Below are positions 38,654-47,753 of a DNA stretch of 64,000 nt, piece by piece. Made by a program: the position numbers and the translations under genes. Numbering within the stretch: position 1 is the stretch's first letter; every line of letters begins with the position of its first letter. The stretch is taken from assembly GCA_949358305.1 (NCBI GenBank), contig OX442314.1, forward strand, positions 16,864,001-16,928,000, given 5' to 3'. The DNA is from Strigamia acuminata (lineage: Eukaryota). Below the pieces are notes generated by a model, which saw only the letters and a program-made list of their open reading frames with translations, was not told where the DNA came from and made no database searches.

Positions 38654-38708
<55 letters not shown>
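38654..38708. repeat. (TAT)n microsatellite
   Basis: ~18 tandem trinucleotide units. Confidence 0.9.
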
Positions 38709-40755
38709 TAAATTCACCAATGTCATATGCACAGCTGTTTTTTCTGACATATTTGTAGTTTCTTGTAGGGCGTTGCAATATTTGTAGTTTTTCTCACCCA
38801 AGTGTGATCAAGATTCATATTTAACTGTAATTTGTCTAGTTAAAATACTTAAAAGCCCATCTTTTTATTGATACAATACAATGTAGTATTTATTACTTAA
38901 AGAATGTTTGAGCATAAGAAATCATGATATTTTATTGAAAGATTGAAAAAAAATGAAAAAAAAAAACTATTTATTTGGAAATTTTTTCAAATTAATATTG
39001 AATATGATGTATTTGCCTATCTCATGTCTATCATTGGATCACAATAAAGTATTTATAACACAATATAATGTCATCTTCATCTTAATAACAATAATAAAAG
39101 CACGGTACATATTTGATTAAAATTCCTTCATAACGAATGCAACTAAAATAGACTGGTGCTGGCAAACAAGATTCCCTGGATCAGGCTATAATAGCCGTGC
39201 GCTGGTCTTACGTTCCCGGTTAGCAAATTTATGAATCGGCTCACCAAGTTAACGTTGGCATTCGTTTAGTTCGTAGTTTTGTTGTAAATTACCAACGAGG
39301 CGCAAGCCGAACACCTCGCGACGCAAGAGCAGAGCATTATGCACTGCACTCTTATTACATACTTAATTTCACCGTAATAATTTCATTTGCAACTTGTACA
39401 ACAACATGGAAACGAGCAGAGAGAAGTAATGAAGCGCAAAATTGTGCAACTTTTCTTGGATTTGCACTTTAAGTCAAGTGAGGCACTAAATTGTTAAGGA
39501 ATTTACACGACAGCCACGACTCGGATTTCTACACACTTTAGTTTGAAATAACATGCAATCATTAGGTTGCGCTTCAATTTCCTATATCTTATCGACTGAC
39601 TGATTAATTGATTGATTGATCGTGCTGCGTAGGCCTAATAAAATTATTAAAATACTCGAATTGGTTATTGGTCGTCGTCGGATGGAAATTTTATCCATTA
39701 TTTTGTACACACAATAGAAATTTGCATCATCACTTGTTTTCAAATTGGGAAGTAGTGACCACTAAGCATGACCAGTACACATTGAGAGATTTCATTGCGC
39801 TGTTTTAAAGTATTTTATCACTGATTTTTTTTTTTTTACAAAAACACCACTTAATAAAATAAAATAATACATACATGTACATATTTAGATAATTAAAACC
39901 GATATCAAAATTTAAAATGTGTGTTCTTGTTAGGTTAAATTTATAACTTTTTGCGGACTATTCACCCTGGGAGATGTTTATTAGCGAAGTGGGACCAAAA
40001 AAAACATGTTTTATCTCCACAGGTTTTTTTTAGAATGTTGAAAATTGAACAGCAATAGATTCAGATAAAATATGATTTTTTGAGATTAAAATTTAAAATA
40101 GAAGTTTATCACAAACAATAAATTTGGTATTCTAAAACAAAGCTGTTTCGGGTGGAAAAAGCTTTTTATACCGGTATCACTTCCAATTTTTTTTTCTTAT
40201 GAGATTAATATAAATTTTTCCATCAGGTGGCAGCATTAAACAATATCTAAAATTCTAAACTTTGATTAAAACTTGTACAGTATTAAAGGCATAGTCGATA
40301 CTCCCCTGCTACCGCATTTGTGAAATTCAGAGGGCAAAATCCTCGTGTTTGAATGTCCAATGAGAAACTAGGCGAAAGATTTTTAGAAGTTTGGAACTTT
40401 TTGAGATGGGCGTGGGCCTCCTCCCCGGCTTCCTACGCCATATGTTTATCCAGAGACAATACTATAATCAAAGCGTCATTGACTACCGAATTATATATTT
40501 ATTAGTTGTCGCTTGTTGACGTGAGATGACAGCATTGAGCAACTAGTTTCTCTTGATTTCTCAATGGACGTGTGAAAGTGAGAGTTTAGTTCTTTTTTAG
40601 TTTATTTTTTTTATTTTCTGACATGGTTTATTTTATTACGGGTACTGAACCTGTCATATCGAGCAATTCCTAGTGAGTTTTAATTTCTGTCTTTTATACT
40701 CTGTGTTCATGTTCAGTACAGTAAAACCGATTAAAACTCAAGGTGAAATCTGTGA

Positions 40756-41569
40756 ACTGAACAAAGACTAAAGAGAGGAGAAGAATACTGACTTCTGAAA
40801 GAGTTTGCGCTGCATTTGGAATGGAAGAGCGGGTCGTTTACCGTCCAGTACAAAATCGCCGCGCGGGTCGCTCAATTTATCCACGACGAATCCGGCAAGA
40901 CCGGCCACAGCGACACCGAGCACTCGAGCAGCAACATAACTAGAAATCCTCCTCCGTCGACATCGAGTGCCAAGTTTGCGCCTTCGTTCGATTCCAGCCG
41001 ATTGACCGCCGACATGCAATCGAAAATTACGTCGCTGGACCCGGTCGAACATGCAAAGATGCAAAGGCGTTGTCGGGTTATCAGATGGAGTTTTTGAAAC
41101 AAATTAGCCAAACGCAGACTGTGCCGACGTCGTTCAAGCCGAGGAGAAGGGGAACGGGGAAAATTGCTTTTCAACCTCAGAGAGTGGAGATCGCGAACTT
41201 CCGCTTTCGTTCCGTCGGCTTTTTAGTCAACGTTGGATCTGTCGGTTAAAAACGAACCGGTGGAAACGACGACTTCCAGGTTGACAAATTTTCCGACCGA
41301 TTTATCGGTTTCGGCGTCGAGTGAACCGGAATCGACGCCGCCTAAGCCTTCGATCGTCGTTGAGATCAATTAGGATTTCGACTCAGGAACTTAAAAAGAG
41401 AATTGTGATTGTAGGGCCTCTGAATTTGAAATCTGCGTCCAACTTTGTAGGATTGTGTACGAAAGTGTCTCCGCCAACAGTCACGGCGCCCGTTGTTACT
41501 ACTCCGTTTGAAGTTATTGACATTTCTTCTAGTTCTAGCTCAAAACCAGAAGGAAGGCAAAATGAATGA
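40756..41569 (+). pseudogene. Decayed coding fragment, probably from a nuclear regulator
   Basis: CpG-rich, coding-like island. One frame reads TEQRLKRGEEY*LLKEFALHLEWKSG...RWSF*NKLAKR...SAFVPSAF*STLDLSVKNEP...PTDLSV with three internal stops; a shifted frame then gives FEVIDISSSSS. Confidence 0.5.
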
Positions 41570-41970
41570 ATTAATTGTCATAATGATTGCTACTGCCTAA
41601 AGTTTGTTTGGATTTATTTAATTAGAGTTTTGTTTGTATTTTTATAAGAATAAAATGTTACATTAAAATTATCAAATACTGACTTGTGAGTATTTTTATT
41701 TATTTATTTATTTCAGTATCGAAACTGAAAAGATAAATGATATTGGAATTTTTTAAATTATTTAACGCGAAATGCGACAAATAATTTCCATATTTGTCCT
41801 TCCCGGTAATTCAAATTGGAATTCAATGATTGGCTGATTCGCCCATCATGTGTTTTGACGTTGATGCAAATTTATTTTGCGCACGACACCAAAGAAAATT
41901 GTGCATAAAGCTTGCGGGAAATTTAAATTCCTTGTCAGACAGAATTGCAGTTACACGCAGCACATCTAAC

Positions 41971-42536
41971 ATGGACACGAAAGGAAGGACAGCCGAAGCA
42001 AGCCCGAAAGCATTGAAGCTGACATTGGATAAAGCTGAACAGAGGCGTCCACGTGCCGTATCGGTGCACGTAATTCCTCCTCTTGATCTTGGTGAAGATG
42101 GAGAACCCGTTCTCGATCCGAACATCGTAGCTGCCGCCGTGCCTTTTGGAGCGGGTCCTGGTCCTGTAATTGCAGTGGCTCCCGAAGACGATGGGAATAA
42201 TAACCAGGGTAAGTTACATGTAACTTGGCATACCACTATTTTTGTTACATTTGGTTAGTTTTTACTAAAAATCACTACTTTATTTTATTAACTCGTTGGA
42301 ATTTATATTTAGGTAACGGTACCAGTCACGGTGAATGTCTTTGCCAACTTTGTACCTGCTGCGATTATTGCAGGCAGGGAAACAGCGCTGTTATTCGTCG
42401 TTGCGACTGTGCGCCTCGCGACGCAAATCTTCCGACCGAGTGTGCTTGCTGCGCTGCGTGCAAATGTCTGACCGTGTTGAAGCCCGAAGTCATTCCAGAT
42501 CCACCACCTCAGCTGCTTCAACCTATTCTCGTTTAA
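41971..42536 (+). CDS. Cys-rich tail protein 1 (153 aa; exons 41971-42208, 42313-42536)
   Basis: ATG in AACATGG context; donor G|GTAAGT and acceptor TTTAG| join in phase 1; 13-Cys exon ECLCQLCTCCDYC..CDC..CACCAACKC; AATAAA 42692. Confidence 0.75.
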
Positions 42537-42865
42537 CTTTATTGTACGGTATTCAAAGCTTGCGAATAATTGGTTATTTGTCTCGTTGAAATTGATTTGT
42601 TTAAAATTTAAATCTATTTTTTTGCTAGTTTATTGTTATAAATATTTTTCAGTTTTGATACGGTAATTCGTTATATTATTTTTGAGTGCTGAATAAAAAA
42701 ATAAAATTTGTTCATAAAACTAAATTAATGCTTTTTTATTCGTAGATAGTGTGTATAAATCTACGGTGTACGTCTTTTAATAATTTAGCGATTTTAACAT
42801 ACAGTAAGTTAAATAATAATTTAAATAGAAATAATAAAAAAGTATAAATTAAAAAAGTAAACAAA

Positions 42866-42978
42866 AAATTGATGAAAAAAAGTAAAAAATAATAATTTAA
42901 TGAAGAAAAAAGTAAAAAAAATACAATTTAATGAAGAAAAAAGTAAAAAAAATACAATTTAATGAAGAAAAACAGTAA
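42866..42978. repeat. A-rich ~31-bp tandem repeat (AATTTAATGAAGAAAAAAGTAAAAAAAATAC-like, ~3.5 copies)
   Basis: Directly visible between Cys-rich genes 1 and 2. Confidence 0.8.
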
Positions 42979-43135
42979 GAAATTAGAATTAATTTAAAAG
43001 TCAAACTGTCAAAAATAAAGAATGACGAAGAATAAAATAAACAAATTCATTGACGTCGGTTTCTTCGATCCAATCATGTGTCCTATTCAAATTAATACTC
43101 GTCTGTTATGAAAATTGACACTGTCGAAAATATAG

Positions 43136-43172
43136 TATAAATAGGCTGAAATGTGCTCTACCTACGTTAGTG
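43136..43172 (+). promoter_or_regulatory. TATA box and initiator of Cys-rich gene 2
   Basis: TATAAATA at 43136-43143 and Inr-like TTAGTG at 43167, about 30 nt apart and ~70 nt before the ATG. Confidence 0.55.
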
Positions 43173-43240
43173 CAGCAGTGTATACAAAGCAAAAACAATT
43201 TGTTGCCGCTCAAATTCGATAATATATAGCTCAGCAAACC

Positions 43241-43859
43241 ATGGATCCTAGCGAAGATCCTGATCAAAGTTTTTATGAATCATCAGAACCAACATCACTT
43301 GAACAGGCAGAATTTAGAACGCCTCCTGCGTCGCCAATGCCAAATTTACCATCCGTAACACCATGTATACCGAGGTTTAGTCCCCGATGTAGTCCGTTTA
43401 GTTCGTTAATGCACAAACCTCTTCTAGCTCCTATTTCATCATTGGCTCGTGATTGTGAAGCTACTGCTGGCATTGCAGTTGTTCCTGATATTGATTCGAG
43501 TAAGTATTTATTTGGCAATTGAAATTTGAGTTTTATTTACTTTGTTTATTTTTTATTTTTTATTATTTAATTGCAGACCAAACTTCTGGCATTGCAGTTG
43601 TTCCTGATATTGATTCGAGTAAGTATTTATTTGGCAATTGATATTTGAGTTTTATTTACTTTGTTTATTTTTTATTTTTTATTATTTAATTGCAGACCAA
43701 ACTTCTGGTTCCGATGACGTTGAATGCAAGTGTACTTCATGTGATTGTTGCATGCACTGTCCAGGAGGAATAAAAGATCTTTCTAATATTGCCACTTGTA
43801 CCGTAAGCTACATGGATGTAAAATGCGAATGCTGTGTTGCTTGTCAATGCAAAAACTGA
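43241..43859 (+). CDS. Cys-rich tail protein 2 (154 aa; exons 43241-43499, 43577-43618, 43696-43859)
   Basis: ACCATGG Kozak context; two A|GTAAGT...TGCAG| phase-1 introns; 12-Cys exon ECKCTSCDCCMHC..C..CECCVACQC; AATAAA 44068. Confidence 0.8.
43467..43704 (+). repeat. 119-bp direct tandem duplication spanning exon end, intron and next exon start
   Basis: 43467-43585 vs 43586-43704 are identical except for one A/T substitution. Confidence 0.95.
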
Positions 43860-43892
43860 GTCGAAAGATGAAAGCGAAAAGCGTGCCAAGTG

Positions 43893-43924
43893 AATAACCG
43901 AGTTATACGTATAACTCGGTTATT
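43893..43924. repeat. Perfect 32-bp palindrome AATAACCGAGTTATACGTATAACTCGGTTATT
   Basis: The sequence equals its own reverse complement. Confidence 0.97.
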
Positions 43925-44600
43925 ACCGTTACTTTTGCGTTCATTTCCTCCAATTAAGTGCAAACTAACTCAACTGATCTAGAAGAATTTTTGTTAATTA
44001 ATTTATTCGAAATTGTTGCATGTGTTATTTTTGTATAATGTAATTTGCCAACTTTAGTTTTAACAAAAATAAAATTGTTTAATTTAAAACATGTTTCAGT
44101 TAGCAAAAGAGCATGGAAATAATTTTTTGTGAAAATTTTTTTTATCGGATATTGGTTCGATACAAAGCGTAAGCACAAAAGTATATAGAAAATGTAAATC
44201 TATGATTTTTTACTTTATTACCGTACATCGCAGCTTAAGTATTAACTTAAATTTTAAATTGAAAGTGACTCGTTTGTCTGTGTTGTGTAATAATAAAATC
44301 TCGAAAATGAAAAAAATTTCAAATGATGATTTCTAGTATTTACAAGATAATATTAAAAATTATCGATTATAATAATTTTTTTTTTAAATATATATATCCA
44401 TACGGCTATGAATTTAAGTAATTTTTTATTTTTTACTTTAAGATATTCAAATTAATCTGCAATAACATTATTTTCATATTTTATGCAAATTATTATACAA
44501 TCGCAAAATAGTTTTCTTGGTCGGAGTTTGGTGACAGTATGTCAGTTTGAAAAGTGATTTCTTCAGAACAACAACTCGAAAAGGAGCATCAACTGAAAAA

Positions 44601-45513
44601 ATGGATCAAGATGATTTAGTTCCAGTCGCCGAAGCTATTATAAACAATGATGATTTAATTGCAGTCGCCGAAGCTATTATACACAATGTCGACAACCCAG
44701 AACCCAATGGACTTGTGCACCCAGCTGTTGCTGCTCTTGCAGATTTAGCTGACCAGCCTGCTGACCCGGACGTCGAGGAACTGCAGTTCGACATGGATGA
44801 TTTAAATCTCCATGAACCTGACAATTTAATTCCGCCTGAACCTAACGAATTAATTCTTCCTGAACCGAATGATTTAAATCCTGAACCGAATGATTTTAAT
44901 CTTCCTGAACCGAATGAATTTAATCCTCCTGAACCGAATGATTTTAATCCTCCTCAACCGAATGAATTAAATCCTCCTGAACCGAATGAATTTAATTTTC
45001 CTGAACCGAATGATTTTAATCCTCCTGAACCGAATGAATTAAATCCTCCTGAACCGAATGAATTTAATTTTCCTGAACCGGATGAATTTAATCCTCCTGA
45101 ACCGAATGAATTTAATTTTCCTGAACCGAATGAATTTAATTTTCCTGAACCGGATGAATTAAATCCTCCTGAACCTAATGGAGCTGCTGCCCATATGGGA
45201 TTTGTCGGTGGTGGTATTGTCATTATGATGGAATATGCCGGTGTTCTTGAAGAAAGTGATGAAGGTATGCTATATAACACTTAAACTTTAATTTTATCAA
45301 GAGTTTAACGTAGCTTTTTACTTAGAAGTGGAAAAGAACGGTGATGTAGAATGTGAATGCGGACTCGCTGATGGAGGTTGCCAATGTTGTGATCAATGCA
45401 AAACAGGTGACAAAACCTACCAATGTTGTAATTGCGGAAGCCCTAATAGTGGAAGAAAGCCTGTGCCATGCGATTGCTGTAAATGCTGTCCAGCTTGTCC
45501 GTGTAGATACTAA
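44601..45513 (+). CDS. Cys-rich tail protein 3 (~283 aa; exons 44601-45264, 45326-45513)
   Basis: AAAATGG start; acidic, Pro-rich repeat exon; donor G|GTATGC and TAGAAG tandem acceptor, phase 1; 16-Cys exon ECEC..CQCCDQC..CCNC..CDCCKCCPACPC; AATAAA 45771. Confidence 0.8.
44801..45181 (+). repeat. Coding 24-bp minisatellite, ~16 units of (F/L)N(P/F/L)PEPN(E/D)
   Basis: CCTGAACCGAATGAATTTAAT-type units repeated in frame. Confidence 0.95.
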
Positions 45514-46698
45514 GAAGGCAATACCGGTATACCTGTTGTTTTTGACAATAGTTCGGAATCAACTTTTACTCCACATTCACAACCCTAAACATCGTGATTC
45601 GGTTAAATAAGGTTGAATTGCAACGCTTCATTATATGAACTCTGGTTTTAAATCCATTTTTTAATATTTTATTTAACATTGATGTATGTAACGTTTATTA
45701 TTTTCTCTAGTAGGTTTTTAAAAATTTTAATGGCCAACTTTTGTCCGTATTTATTAATGCAACTGTGAAAAATAAAAAATGAAATATACAAGAATTTATG
45801 CTAACCAGTTTTTGAAATAGTTGCAACAACATACCTTTTAATGGTAATCAAAGTGTAGCAAACTGTATATAAAATGCACAATCGCTTCACTGCGAAGCGC
45901 AGTGAGATGAATGGGAAACAAAATTTACTGTTTTAATGACATTTTTTCATTTTAGAAAATCCAACCACTACACAACTTTATTTTATGTCCCATGTGTGAG
46001 AAAATGGGTTTTTAACCGTAAGTTGGTTTTTAATCGTAAATGGATGGCGATTTCTGTGTCTTAGCCGCCGATACTTGTAGACTTGAATATACTGTGTGTA
46101 TAGTGGATATTCATATCCTTCCTGTGGACACTAGATCCAGATATCTGTAGTAAATAATCGGATGCACGTTTTAATCACTAACTGCATTCAAAAAGTCGTG
46201 TTTTAAGTGTTTTAGATGTTCCCGTTTTTGTTTTTGTATTTTTTAAAATCTCAAAACAAAAACACTCTTGAAACATGACTTTGAATGCAGCTATTAAAGA
46301 TAATTTAAACACTTCCGCTCTATCAGGCGACTCCTGATTAACGTATGCATCATACGTAGCACGGTAGCAGTGCACTTATAGCAACAATATTTATAAAATG
46401 CAAAATTGTTTCCTTTCATAAAACGCAATAAACGTAATATCGCAGAATTTGTGAGCAATTTCAGTTATTTTTCAAGTTTTACACGAAAAGACGATTACTT
46501 AAAACGAAAGCATTCCTGGTCAAAGTGTCAACAGTAGAAAGGAAAGTTGGTCAACAAGAATCCTGAAGAAGAGGTATCCGAAAGGATGCCCCGTTTCTCT
46601 TCTACAAGAATCTTGTTTGAAAGAAATTTCGTTTTCCCCTTTCGGCTGAAATTAAGATAGTTGAGTTCGGAACAAGAGCAGCTTTAAGAAAATACTAA

Positions 46699-46862
46699 CT
46701 GTATTTATTCGATTAAGAGCCGCGGCTGAAGGACACAAACACACCGTGTTATCGCGACGTTATTGTTTGAATTTAACAACGAACGTTGAACGTACGCTAC
46801 GAAAAAAAAGTATATTTTCGTGAAAAACTAAAAAGTCGCGGCTCTTATTCGAATAAATACGG
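46699..46862. mobile_element. 164-bp MITE, probably Tc1/mariner-pogo related
   Basis: 29-bp terminal inverted repeats (46699-46727 and 46834-46862; consensus CCGTATTTATTCGAATAAGAGCCGCGRCT, 3 mismatches); TA immediately to the right. Confidence 0.75.
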
Positions 46863-47753
46863 TAGGTTGCATTTAGCTCAATCTGCCCCTGCTCGACCGA
46901 ATGTACGTAACTAATATTCGATGGTCTTGTGCCGGTGGGGTCTTCAGCATCACGCCTTTTGATGCAGCCTACAAGTGAGAAGTGATACAAAGAAAAGGGT
47001 AAGTTGGAAGTACATGAGGCGATAAATGAGAAGGGAAAAGAAACTCAGGGGGATGTTTGCTACTGCACTGCAGGGCACCATTGCCGAGCAGCTCAAAACC
47101 TAAAGTAACCGGTACATCTAAATATCCTCGCGAGGTTTCCCCATCAGATATCTGTTCCAAGAATAAAACCTTTCAAATTTCAGTGTGCAATGTATTTTCA
47201 AACAAAAGAGCTAAGGTAAAAAATATTTGTTTATTTTCAAAATAATTATTCACTTTTATGAATAAAGAAAGTAAGAATTAAAAAAATCTGCGATTGCATA
47301 ATGAGAAATCAATTTTGTAAATGTGATTTTTGTTACACTTTTTATGGTCAGTAACAAGTAAACCAAGAGGAACGCAATTTTTAATTACGAAATATATTTT
47401 TTTTATCAAACTGTTTAGTGATTGGCAAATCTAAATTAATAAGATTTATGCATTTTGTTTGAGTAAATTTTGCCTATTACAAGCTTAAACTTATCATTTA
47501 TTCAAAAATGCGCCCATCTGTAAAATACACAAAAAGCCAACTAGAACAATAGCAGGTGTTGTTAATTTATTTCAGACTACAACACTGGCATTAAATCTCT
47601 TAAAACGCAGCAATAAACATCTGTAGACTAAAAAAGAATAAAAATTAAAAAACATTATCAATCGTATTGACACAATTACACCGTTATTATAAAGGAGTTC
47701 GTTTTTAAAGTCCACACATAAAAAATGTTTCTAGCAATAGATGCAATAGTTGA

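Noticed and set aside
40756..41373. In-frame TGAs as selenocysteine or an alternative genetic code
   Set aside because: A TAG also interrupts the frame, no SECIS is evident, and neighbouring genes use TGA as a normal stop.
43857..43924. Stop readthrough or SECIS after Cys-rich gene 2
   Set aside because: A second in-frame TGA follows four codons later, and the ATGA..GA segment lacks a SECIS helix II.
44801..45181. CRISPR-like regular repeats
   Set aside because: Head-to-tail coding minisatellite with no unique spacers, in eukaryotic DNA.
46092..46150. miR-279-like word ACTAGATCCA in a weak hairpin
   Set aside because: The match is only 10 nt and there is no continuous pre-miRNA stem.
46553..46620. 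CTGAAGA...GAAA as a hammerhead ribozyme
   Set aside because: The GAAA sits as the loop of a GGTATCC/GGATGCC hairpin rather than after a stem II, and no stem I/III arrangement fits.
47040..47100. GDVCYC...C as a fourth Cys-family member
   Set aside because: Only three cysteines and no CxCC motifs.
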